Assembly (NCBI GenBank): GCA_001662655.1
Contig: KV460279.1
From: Pseudogymnoascus verrucosus
Taxonomy: Eukaryota
DNA length: 64,000 nt
Strand: one strand, 5' to 3'
Both the position numbers and the translations under genes were made by a program. The notes below the pieces were generated by a model. It was not told where the DNA came from. It searched no databases and saw nothing but the letters and a program-made list of their open reading frames with translations. Shown here one piece after another: positions 39,017 to 51,350 of this stretch (its first letter is position 1; the number at the start of each line of letters is the position of its first letter).

Positions 39017-40528
39017 ATGTGTTGTGTGTACATGTCGAAGCCGGCCTAGGCGGCGATGTCCTTGAGTTCTTGTCAGGTCTTTCTGTTGGGTTTCTTAAAG
39101 TGCATGGCAGCTCAGCTGGAGGCGCTGGTGTCCTGTCACCTCGCTTTGTCCGGGAGTTGGACTTATAAAACACACATTTCCAATGGTGATGCCTAGTCGT
39201 GTTGACTGGGATTTTTCACATCATCGTTGTTGGAAATGTATATGTCCAGCTCCCCATTGACAATGCACTCAATGGCTCATACGGAAAGGCCTAACAAAGC
39301 ACTCTTGAGCAACGTCGCTGCGGTCGTTCAATTTCGCACATAGAGCGGTGGAGGAGGAGAATAGTGATATAAGGACGGGATAGAGTCTCAGATAGGCCGC
39401 CAAGAAATTCGAAGGCGAAGCCGGTCGTAGGGTAGAGGGTGCATTTTAAAACGCATGAAGATATCCATTGTATATAGACTCTGGAAGCTGCCGGTAGATC
39501 AACCCCATTGCCGAACGCCGTGGTCCAACGAACCAATGCCTGCACTGCGTGAGGGTGATGTAGGTGACGCACCGTCGGGTGGCTAGAGATCCCGAGGCAT
39601 TTTCTTGCGGTCTCATGGAGAAACGCGGGGCAGCGGGTGAGTTGGTGACTGCCCACTTAATGGCGGGGCGGGGCGGAAAGGGGGATGGGTGGGAGGTGGG
39701 ATGGTCACGCTGCCTCTCACATGCTGTGGGATTCACATGTCAGGTTTGTTTGGAGCTGAGTTTGTCGTAATTGTAAGGGTTCTATACTACAGAAATAAGT
39801 ATGTACTTCGTATTGATAGCTGTTTCATCCAGTATTTAGTCCCATTAGCAGTGTTCGTAGAGTTACAAATATCAAATCCAGACCCCCATATTTCTCCCGT
39901 CCAAAAAAGGAATAGGAAGCCAGCATATTTCGCTTAGTTTCAAATTAGTGGTGCTCGATAGAGTAATAATTATAGTAGCTAACTCCACACGGTCATACGA
40001 TCCAGCTGGCAAAAATGCAAAAAAAACGACACCTGAGTGATTCGAACACTCGCTCCCGAAGGAAATGCCTAAATACTTCCTGTGGAAATAGCAGGGCATC
40101 GCGTTAACCACTCCGCCAAAGTGCCGGATTTGACTTAGTGGCCCTTATGGCGAATTAAATAGGTGTCACGACTCCTCATTTCGAGAACATTGAATCGCAT
40201 ATACATACAAATACATCCAAACTTGATGATTAAAAGGCGATTGATGAAATAATGGTGTAAATTGTAAATTCGCATATACCCCTCTTTGCCCTATGACACA
40301 TCCCATACTCCTCACGAGCTCACGCCATACAACGTCCATAGCATCCAAGCTCCCAACACCCCAAATGTGGGGAAAGCTGACCCAGCCGCTGCGATAACGA
40401 TAACGACCACCAACAGCAGCTCCAGCCCAGCTCTATGTCTCGGAGCCTCCCCGAACCACAAACCACCACCACCCACCACGACAACCACCCCAACCCCTCA
40501 ACACCACCACCACCCCAAACACCACAAA

Positions 40529-41053
40529 ATGGCTGACACCACCCCCTCCCTCCCCGCCCCCGCACCGCCCATCGGGAACTACATCCTAGGCTTCCTCCTA
40601 ATCGGACTGGCCTGGGGCTTCACAACGCCCTTCATCCGCGCGGCCGCGCGCTCGCATAAGCCTCCCGCGCACCCGATTCTCGAGACGGCGGCGGTGAAGG
40701 GGAGTCGGATCCGGAGCGCGGTGTATGGCGCGTTTTTTGGGATTACGGATTTGTTGAGGAATTGGCGGTATGCGGTGCCGTTGGTGGTGAATTTGACGGG
40801 GAGCGTGTGGTTCTTTTTGTTGATTGGGCAGGCTGGTGAGTTCGGAGGGGTTCCGGGTGAGGGATTAGGGATGAGGGCTAATGGATGCATGACAGAATTG
40901 AGTCTTACGGTGCCGATTACGAATTCGCTGGCGTTTTTGTTTACGGTTATTGGGGATTGGTATGTGGAGGGGAAGGTGATTAGTAGGGATACGTGGATTG
41001 GGATGACGTTGAGTTTGGTTGGGATTGGGTTGTGTGTGCAGAGTAAATTGTGA
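40529..41053 (+). CDS. TMEM234-family small membrane protein
   Basis: GLAWGFTTPFIR, YAVPLVVNLTGSVWFF, AELSLTVPITNSLAFLFT after 60-nt intron 40836-40895. Confidence 0.8.
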   Translation: MADTTPSLPAPAPPIGNYILGFLLIGLAWGFTTPFIRAAARSHKPPAHPILETAAVKGSRIRSAVYGAFFGITDLLRNWRYAVPLVVNLTGSVWFFLLIGQAGEFGGVPGEGLGMRANGCMTELSLTVPITNSLAFLFTVIGDWYVEGKVISRDTWIGMTLSLVGIGLCVQSKL

Positions 41054-41617
41054 GGAGGTGGAGGGGGAGGGGTTGTATATGATAATAGGATGAGGGGTTA
41101 GATGGACAACTGCGTTGCTAGATGCTTCTGCTTGATGCGGATGCGCCGGAGAGGGGTTGATAGATAATGAACAATTCTCATTTGTGGCTTCTACGCCGTC
41201 GGTCATTGAAAGCTATAGTATCATAAAATAATAAAATGCCGCATGGAAGATATTTCTCAGAGCAACCGCTGGGAAAATGAGTCAACAGAGAAATCGGGGG
41301 TGGTGAAATTGTATGTCATACACGTATTTTATTTTAGTGATATTATATTATATCACCAACTATTTATTGTATATACACATACTCTAAGTACGTATGAAAA
41401 TATACAGTTAAACTTGAATATAAAATACTATAAATAAATAAATATGCCTCTTCTAAGGCATTGTTATATCTACTCAATTTGAAGGTTTCAACTCCACAAT
41501 AAATTACTAGAAGAGAGATATTAAAAAATAATTATTATATTCAAAATTCCACAACACAACGTAAAACTATCAACCCCGCCTGTACCAGCTTGACAAGCCC
41601 CAGTTCGCAAACAATTC

Positions 41618-42306
41618 CCGAGGCAAACTGACTACTCTATATGGAGAGTATATTATAGAACGCCACCAGTGGGAGCTACTGTATAAACCCCAATACCGTG
41701 ACCCCATAGGGACCCATGCAAACGTCTGTCTCCAAACCCCCAACTCCTACCCCAACTCTGCTCCAACGATCACTGGCTACTCTGACTCCTGTACGCTTCT
41801 CGAAGCCATCATCATGATGCACAACAACCCCCCATCTCCAAATCCCTCGGGGTACTTCCGAGCTACGCACTCACCACGCTCACCACGCAGTCACCCGGGT
41901 AGAAACGGAGCGACAGTCGGCGTGTGCCATACACACCCAAGAAGCCCAAGATACTCACGGGCCCATGTTCAGGTACCGATTTCATGTGGACTCCTCACCT
42001 GCTTTCGCGTCTGGCCACGCTCTCGACTCGATGCTCAGCCTCCTGTGCCGAGGTTTGTTTCAATTGGAGATAGCGCTGTCGAAATGTCGAAATTTGGTGG
42101 TGGGGGAGGCTTGGGCACGTCAGCCTCGTTGCTTAGGTAAGCGGTTTTCCTTCACATGCAAGGAATTTTGGGGTCGCTGAGAACGTCATGGTCAACAACC
42201 TAGCCAATCAGAGGCCGCGCACTTCTCCAAAACCATGTCCCTTGGCCCGGAAATAATCGATAAGAGAACTAGACTGTTTTCGGTAGAGACTTTAGAATGT
42301 CCGAGG
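41618..42306 (+). promoter_or_regulatory. Cluster of four CCGAGG/CCTCGG (FarA/FarB-type) sites upstream of isocitrate lyase
   Basis: Sites at 41618, 41845, 42048 and 42301. Confidence 0.5.
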
Positions 42307-42774
42307 TAAGTTTCGACCGCCGACCTTGGTGGTAACGCCACGAAACCCCAAATTCTGGGGAATTCAACGAATGCCATTGGTGTATCGGCGTGAACCTTGC
42401 TGAGCTCAGCAGGAAATATGTGAGGTTTCGCCCTCTGAAGTGTCGGGAGAGCGCAAGAACGAGGTACTTTGGCCGACCCTTCCCGAGCCAGTTCTGGAAC
42501 TGTTTTCGCCTCGTGCCGGTCGTGGGGCATTTTCACGGCTCAAGGAGTCATATATACCACGAGGCCCTGCCCCCTCGCAGGGACTTTCTACTGTATTATA
42601 TATTTACTCGATTGCCCAGATCGAACCCTTTGTTGTTTCTACCGTTTGCTTGTAGAAATTTATATTCACTCGTATTCCTCATCTCGCCCTGGAATACAAT
42701 AGCCGCATCTCATACCTCTGACATCATATATACCACCTATACCCGTGACTCACGCGACCCCAAAAACCTCAATT

Positions 42775-44536
42775 ATGGCTTCGAACAAGATGGCGGCGCC
42801 GCCTGCGGATCTGGCGAAGGAGGACGCGGCTTTTGCTGCTGAGGTTGCCGCTGTTAAGCAGTGGTGGTCGGATTCGAGATGGAGGCAGACCAAGAGGCCG
42901 TTCACTGCCGAGCAGATCGTTTCGAAGAGGGGCACAATCCAAATCAACTACCCCAGCAACAACCAGTCGAAGAAGCTCTGGAACATCCTGGAGCAAAGAT
43001 TCAAGGTATGTTGTATTTTTTTTGTGGCAGTGTGGTGGTGGTGAGAATGTAGCGCTGACATGTGATTCTTAGGAGGGAGATGCGAGTTACACATACGGCT
43101 GCCTCGAGCCAACGATGTTGACCCAGATGGCGAAGTACCTTGATACCGTCTACGTCTCTGGATGGCAATCATCTTCGACCGCCTCGGCGAGCGACGAGCC
43201 CGGCCCAGATTTGGCTGATTACCCATACGTGAGTTGCCCTATATGATAACAGCAGCAGCAGGATCATGGCTAACAAACCTAGACCACCGTCCCCAACAAA
43301 GTGAACCAGCTCTTCATGGCACAACTTTTCCACGACCGCAAGCAGCGCGAGGAGCGCTCTACAACCCCCAAGGCTAACCGCGCTGGCGTGGCCAACATCG
43401 ATTACCTCCGCCCAATCGTTGCTGATGCCGATACCGGACACGGTGGTTTGACCGCCGTCATGAAGCTCACCAAGCTCTTCATTGAGAAGGGTGCTGCTGG
43501 TATCCACATTGAGGACCAGGCCCCTGGTACCAAGAAGTGCGGCCACATGGCCGGTAAGGTCCTGGTCCCAATCAGCGAGCACATCAACCGTCTCGTTGCC
43601 ATCAGAGCCCAGGCCGATATCATGGGCACTGATCTCCTCGCCATTGCCCGCACTGACGCCGAGGCCGCCACCCTGATCACCACCACCATCGACCCCCGCG
43701 ACCACGCCTTCATCCTCGGCACGACCAACCCCAACCTCCAGCCCGTCAACGAGCTCCTCATCAAGGCCCTAGAGGCCGGCAAGACCGGCGGCGAGCTCCA
43801 AGCCATCGAGGATGACTGGAACGCCAAGGCCGGTCTCAAGACCTTCGCCGAGGCCGTCGCCGCCGCCATCACCGCCACCCAGCGCGCAAACGCCAAGTCC
43901 CTCATCGCCAAGTTCACCCAGGAGTCCAAGGGCAAGAGCAACACCGAGGCCCGCGCCATCGCCCGCGCCATCGTCGGCAAGGACGTCTTCTGGGACTGGG
44001 ACAACCCAAGAACCCGCGAGGGTTACTACCGCATGCAGGGCGGCATCGAGTGCGGCATCAACCGCGCTCTCGCCTACGCCCCATACGCCGACGCCATCTG
44101 GATGGAGTCGAAGCTGCCAGACTACAAGCAGGCTGAGGCCTTCGCTAAGGGCGTCCACGCCGTGTACCCCCAGCAGAAGCTCGCGTACAACTTGTCGCCG
44201 TCGTTCAACTGGAAGACTGCGATGCCGCGCGCTGAGCAGGAGACGTACATCAAGCGTCTTGCTAGCCTCGGTTACTGCTGGCAGTTCATCACCCTGGCTG
44301 GTCTGCACACCACTGCTCTTATCTCGGATAAGTTCAGCAGCGCGTACAGCCAGCAGGGCATGCGTGCGTACGGCGAGTTGGTCCAGGAGCCGGAGATGGA
44401 TGGTGGTGTGGATGTGGTTAAGCATCAGAAGTGGTCGGGTGCGAACTATGCGGATGAGTTGCTGAAGATGGTGCAGGGTGGTGTGTCGAGTACGAGTGCT
44501 ATGGGTGCTGGTGTTACGGAGGACCAGTTCAAATGA
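42775..44536 (+). CDS. ICL1: Isocitrate lyase
   Basis: [65 protein letters not shown]. Introns 43006-43072 and ~43229-43283. Confidence 0.97.
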
Positions 44537-45672
44537 GTGATTGTTACGTAGGGTGGAGGAGGATGACGGGAGTATTTCTTTTTTAGGCGGCTACCGGCCG
44601 TGTACTGCAGGATAGATGAGCATGTAGCATATATTAAAAGGCTGCGTGATGGGCTGTACTGAATATTATTAAATTCATTATTAAGACTTAAGACTTGACT
44701 TTTGACTTTTCTGGCCGTACTGACTTTGTTTACATATATCGTGAGAACACGCCACTTTTCAGGGTGATAAGGGGACCTACCCCTTGTTCCTTCCCTACGT
44801 ACCTGAGGTTACATCAAGGACTTATCGCATACCCCGTCGACAGTCAACGGCGGCTGTAATGCGACCTGAAAACAGCATCTCAGTCTACAGTTTATGTCAT
44901 GCGTCGTGAGTGTCGTTGACAAGATCGATCTACTCTAATTTGTGGAATGACATGCATAACTCTAATGCATTTATTTATCCTGTATCCTGGGGTTTGGCGC
45001 GTGTAAAACGACGGATTTGGTTGCCCAGATGGCCCAGACCCCTGTTAATCGTAGCATTGGCGATGCCAACCTACGCCAATGATCGCCGTCGGCTGGGCAA
45101 CGTCGTCATCATGAAATCGTTCGTAATTCTTGGGTAACCAACAGCACAGGAAAGGAATGCCAGAAATGGAGGAGTGAAAGTGTAGAAATAGAATAATGAT
45201 AAATGACAAATTGATTAAAATAGAAAATTTATAATTAATTCATATACATCCACGGCTGTAGGGATACTGAAACTTGGTAGCCTGTCAATTTGTAAATGTT
45301 CGCTTCCAGCCCAGCCACTCTAGCAAACTCCCAGCCTCGTCAACCACTGGACGCGAGTACTCCCGCCGCAGCAACGACAAACCGCAGCAGCTATCTATTA
45401 CTTGAGTAGTTTCCATATAACAAACAACTAACGACAATCGCCCGTCGCCTCTAATGCAATTGCCATCTAATATCTCATTCCCAACCTAGAGCCAATTCCT
45501 TTGCTCTCTATAATATGGTCAGCTGAATTCTGCACCTCTTATAACTTCCAGGTACTTTTGTACCGTTACTCGACTCGACGTCAACAACAACACACAAAAC
45601 CCGCCGCCCAACGGCCACAACCGCCCCTCCCCTCGACCCCTCCCCCAAAACACAACAACACAAATCGCAATC

Positions 45673-48600
45673 ATGGCGGAAAAGACGAAAGTCCATTCGG
45701 CGGGCATATTCGCCGATATGACCGTGGACGGTCCGGAGATCGGGACGCTGGTCATTATCGTGGACCGCGCGAAGAACCTGCCCAACCGGAAGTCCATTGG
45801 GAAGCAGGACCCGTACTGTGCGGCGCGACTGGGGAAGGAGGCGAAGAAGACGAACACAGACCGTCGCGGAGGCCAGACGCCGAAGTGGTAAGCTCGCTCG
45901 CGATTTCCTAATTTCCTTCTGTTCGCTGTGCGACGTTGGGTAGTATTGTGTGTCTAACACATGCATCGCAGGGACCAGGAACTCCGTTTCACAGTACACG
46001 ATTCTCCCGACTATTATCAGCTCAAGGTGTCTGTTTTCAATGATGATAAGAAGACGGATCTTATTGGGGAGGCTTGGGTAAACCTCCAAGACGTGCTTGT
46101 GGCGGGTGGTGGCCAGAACGACTTGTGGCATACCCTGAATTGCCGTGGGAAATACGCGGGAGAGATCAGAATCGAAATTACATACTACGACACGAGGCCC
46201 AAGCAGGAGAAGCCGAGAGAGAGAGTTAGAGAAGGCGCACCGAGCACAGTGGAGGGAGGACCCAGAGAGTCCCTGAGCGGACCCAGAGGCCCAAAGGAGA
46301 AAGTGATGAAGAGGAGACCACTGCCGAGCGATCCTACGGGCGCAACACCAAGTCCGATTGAGACGCCGGAGCGGATATTGCCACAGCCCACGAGGGGATA
46401 TACAAATGGAACTCCGGATCACCCGCCTCAGCAGCCTAAAATGCATACTGCGCCAGTACCGGAGTACACTCAATCACCGCAGCCGATCGCATACAACACG
46501 CCCGAGCATGTCCAGCCTGTGCAGCAAAGACAGTATGCTACCCCTGAGCACGTACAAGTTCAGCAACCGCGGGGATCAGCATATAATACGCCGCCGGCCT
46601 ATATCCAGACGCAATCTCCTTTACAAAATCTGGAGTATAACACTCCGACGCATGTCAGGACGCACTCTCAAGTTATCCAAGGGCGATATGGACCTACTGC
46701 AATGGACCAACCACCGCTCCAAACAGACTATAATACCCCGCCACCACATGTTATCCCGCAATCTCACAGCAAGCATGTCTCACCTGCTATCAATAGCTAC
46801 AACCAAGCACCAGGCATGACGCCCGACAGGCACCACCCACGGGACATGTACAACGATAGACATGACGACTATGGCCAGCCAGAGAACTACAACGGAAGCA
46901 ATGTCTCCAGTAGACACGAGGATTCTTACACCCGCAGCCGAAACGATCTTCGGCAGGAGTACGCACCCCAACAAATGACCTACGAGCCTCCTGTTTCGGA
47001 TTACGACCCTCCATCCAGTCCTGAAGGACCACCGCCGCCACCTCCGGTACACAGGGTCCACCAAACCGCTGCCGCGCCTGCATCTAGCCCTGGCTATGGG
47101 TTCCCTCCACCAAACCCAACGAGAGAGGCACAGTTTGATCACTTGAGGCAGGATAGCCAGAGGCAATCCATCCCAGCATATTCTCAGAATGCTCCACAAC
47201 AGCCACAGCCGTACACTCCTCCGCGCCAGCAACATGCTCCGGTGCCGGCACCACCACCGTCGTCGTATGGCCAACAGGACCACTATCAAGGAGCTATCTC
47301 AAGGCATAACTCATATGATGATAGATACCACAACAGCACGTTCAGCTCTATGCAACCAACAGTTGAGGATGCGCCACCATCGCCCACACCGTACGCTACA
47401 GCTTCGCACCGAGCTAGTGAGCCGCAGATGTCGCAATATGGAGATAGACGATATGATGATGTTCCATCCCCGGCGCCTTTGAACTTGAATGGTGGGGGAA
47501 GTACAACATCTGGAAACTATAAGATGAATGCCAATTCATACAACAGCAATGCGTCGCACGAAGTCATTGACAACCGGCAATACAACAACAATGCATCACA
47601 CGAAGTCATTGACAACCGACAATACAACAACAACAATGCATCACACGAAGCCATTGACAACCGACATGCGGATCCCTATTATGACCAGCCACCGCCAGCA
47701 CGGTCATACACACAAGATCCGATTGAGGCACCACAAACTAGCCCAATGCCATCGCTCCCTCCATCGCTGGTAGCCGGCTTTGACCCCCTAATCCAGCGCG
47801 GGATCTCCGACAGGATCCACTCCGACACCCGGCCTAGAGGCGACAGCTACACTCAGTTCTCCGCCGCGCCAACGCACTACTCCGAGTCGCCGCAATCATA
47901 CCAACCCCCGCAACCTCAATACCGCGATGACCACTACACCCAACCCCCCGGCTACCCCCCCCAAGCCGCCCCCTCCGACCGCCAATCCCGCGGCATCCCC
48001 CAAACCTACACCAACGTCATAAAACCCCAACCCGTCTCCCCACACCCCCCTTCCCCCAACCCCTCCCCAAGCCACACCCACACCATCCACCGCAAATCCG
48101 TGTCCCCCGCCCCCCCCTCCCCCTCTCCGCGCCCGCTCTCCTCCTCCGTCCCCTTCGGCCCGGACGACTACTCGTCCCTAAACCCGAACTCACCAGCCGC
48201 GACATCCACCGAGCCCGACCCAGACGCTAAAATCATCCTCTACGACGGCAGGGAAGTCGATCCCTCTGACCACCTCCCTGAGGCGTCGTGGGCGGCTCTG
48301 CCGCCGAATCTGCAGAAGAAACTCGATGCTGCGGGGCGTCAGCGCACCGCGCCCCCTCCTGCTGCTGCGGGGGGGGCGAGGAGGATGGAGAGGCGCGAGA
48401 GACCGATGAGTTCGTATGCAGAGCAGACGCCCCCGCCGGCGTCGCAGGGACGCACGAGGTTGCAGAAGAAGGCGCATAGGGTATCTGCTGCGCCGGTGGG
48501 GGGGTCGAGTCCGCTGGCGCCGATTAGTCCGAATCCGAATCTTTATCAGTCGACGCCTGGGTCGCGGGACGGCGGGGGACGGAGTCTGCCGAGGGCGCAG

Positions 48601-48873
48601 ACTGGGGATTGGGGAGGGGGAGATGGAGGGTATGGAGGGGGGATGAATGGGTATAGTACGGGTTCGCCGGGGTATAGGGGACAGGGACGTGATGGTGGGG
48701 GGCCGCCGCCGGTGCCGGGGAAGGTGCCGATAGGTGGTGTGGGTGCGCCGCCGATGAGTGCGGGGGGGAGGGGGGAGCCACAGGAGAATGCGTGGGCGCT
48801 GTTGGAGGAGATGAAGAGTATTGATCTTGGGAGTGGGAGGGCGAGGAGGAGGAAGGGGGGGGCGGTTGTTTGA
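45673..48873 (+). CDS. INN1: C2-domain cytokinesis ingression protein (Inn1/Fic1)
   Basis: N-terminal C2 domain (RAKNLPNRKSIGKQDPYC...GGQTPKW|DQELRF), long Pro-rich tail with PPPVPGKVP; intron ~45888-45971. Confidence 0.88.
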
Positions 48874-49474
48874 GGAGGGGGGCTGAGGGATGTATATGAG
48901 ATGATTGGGATTTTAGGATTGGGAGGAGAAGGAATTGGGGTGGGGGGTGGGGGGTGGGGGTTATGGAATTGGAGTTTGGATGGGGGATTTAAAGGCGTTT
49001 TTCTGTTTGGGATGGTCGGCGGGGCTTTTTATGGCATTTGGCTGGATGCTGTGGATGGATGGATGGATGGATATCCGCCTCCTAGATGAGTAATGTATAC
49101 ATAAGATAGACTATGCGTTCCATGATACCAAAAGATTTCTCAACTATTTGCGCTCACTGGATGTTATTAAGGCTTGGCTTGATATGACAGATGCTATTGT
49201 GAGCACGGGAATATGGTATACTTACATCTTTCATCTCTTAGAATGGCAACAGAAACTGTCCCCTGATAATAGAATTTTGATGGAATATGCTATCTCTGGC
49301 CATGAAGGAACCAAAAGTGGCTTCATAAAGCACAGTCACGAACCAACATCCGCGTAAAGTGTCCCAGCCCCCACGATGGACCCCTGCGCGCCTTGCGCCC
49401 AACCTCGTATTCCCCAACCCCACCATCAACTGTCCCATCCCATCCAACACCTTACCCACACCCCCACCTCTCCA

Positions 49475-50648
49475 ATGACCTCCACCCTCCGCCTAGGCAA
49501 ATTCCTGAAAGGCACTCTAAGCAACTACACCATCACCAAACAACTCCAAGACTCCGTTTATCTCGCAACGTACCCTCCCTCCCTCCCCGCCTTCCCCACC
49601 TAGGAACCCCCCACTAACACCCCCCCCCCAGAAACTTCCACGGCGAAAAATCCATCATCAAAAGCGTGAACCACTGGCGTCTACAAAACGAGCGTGACGT
49701 CCTCCGCCGCTTCCAGGACAGCGCGCCGGGCTTACGGCCGTTGGTTGATGAGATTGAAAGGGAGGGAGGGGAGGCGCAGGCGATTGTGCTGAAGTGGTTT
49801 GAGGATGATGCGTTACATGCTTCGGGGGGGAGGAGGTTCACGAGGGGGGAGGTGAAGTATGTGGCTCGGACGGTGTTGGAGGCGTTGGAGGTGTTGCATG
49901 GGGAGGGGTTTGTGCATACTGGTAAGTGGGAATCGGATGATGTTGAAGACTTGGCGTTGGATGCTGATGAAAGAAAGCGCAGATATTAAGCCGGATAATA
50001 TTTTGGTGAATTATAATCCGTTGGTTGAATTCGATCCTAAGAGGACGAGGATTTCTACAGCGAGATTGGCGGATTTGGGGAATACGGTCTCGAATGACTC
50101 GGAGTATGCTAGAGATGGGTTTCCCATTGGGGCGCCAATTTTTAGGAGTCCGGAGGCGGCTTTGAGACTCCCTTGGGGGTGCTCGACGGATATTTGGTCG
50201 TTGGGGACGACGGTGAGTGTCTAGGGCAATTGCCAATTATCACCCATCTAACTCTGTACAGCTCACAAGTCTCATCTGGGGTCTAAACTTCCACATCTTC
50301 AAACCCCCCGTCCCCGTCGACCACGAGGAATACGAGTTAGAGATCCTGATGAAACACTGCCAGTACTTTGGCCCCTATCCTCTCTCATACAAAGACCTCG
50401 CCGACCTCGACACGCAGTATGTTCTCGCGCATGTTATGAATACCGTTGGTGGGGCGACTTCGGGGAAGGATATGAGGAAGCCGTTTTACCTGGCTGGGGA
50501 GTCGGAGATTTCGAAGGAGGATAGGACGTTTTTGGGGAAGATGATGAGGTTGGATCCGAGGGATAGACCGACGGCGAGGGAGCTGTTGGGGGATGAATGG
50601 TTTGAGGATCCGGGTGATGATTTTCCGTCGGGGAATCGAGGCACTTAA
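49475..50648 (+). CDS. Fungal SRPK-like (CMGC-related) protein kinase
   Basis: Four exons (introns ~49570-49631, 49922-49983, 50213-50262). IIK, HTDIKPDNILVN, LADLG, FRSPE, DIWSLG, LDPRDRPTARELL. Confidence 0.85.
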
Positions 50649-51350
50649 TCTATGTGTTTTGACGGTTGAGATGTATTAGATAACTAGAGATTGTGCTGCT
50701 GTTATATCCCCATACATCAAAATGTAATCTCCTCCCCATAGTCGGGATGTTATAAATAGCACCTGTCAACCAACGCTGTGCCGACATACCGACACATACA
50801 ACTTGTTGGAGATTCTGGAGATGATCCGGAATTTGCCAAGAAATAGCCCTGTATTTGGACTTTACCCAAGCCTATCTCATTGGCCCACCGATTCAGCTGC
50901 CCAGCTGATGGGAGACCGGCCAAAACTCAGGGTTTTGGCTACCCCCCAGGAATCAGGTATATAGCCACGTAGCCCAGTAAGATAGGTAAATAATTAAATC
51001 GATTTTATATGTTCTATATACTGTATTTACTCGTGATACTCCCTGGCACCGTCTGTACTGTGGAATCTTAAGGGATACCGGGTATTATCACCCGTTTTTG
51101 GGTGTGGCATCTCCAACGTCGATGCAATTTATGACAGCCTCACCCCTGTGTCCGTGAACACCTCGCCTCGCATCCTACGAGCTCCCCTTCCGCCCAAAAA
51201 TGGTCCTGATATTTTCCTCAGACACTTCGCGCAACAATTGCGCTCCTTCAGTCTTGCAATCCATCGGTGCTGGGGAATCTTTGCGCGACGAAAGGAGGGT
51301 TTATGCGAACGATTTCTAAATTTCCAAGGGAGTGAGAAAGGCGTTCTCAT

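Noticed and set aside
39014..39020. Stop-codon readthrough to a cryptic PTS1 in IDP1
   Set aside because: The stop is TAA ATG, not the TGA CTA readthrough context.
6404..40895. Apparent excess of stop-free 3n introns (SLY1, COQ7, sedolisin, IDP1, TMEM234-like)
   Set aside because: Short C- or G-rich introns often lack stops by chance; five among roughly thirty introns is not clearly above expectation.
41200..41570. AT-rich patch as a RIP-degraded element
   Set aside because: Short, with no residual ORF or repeat structure to support the call.
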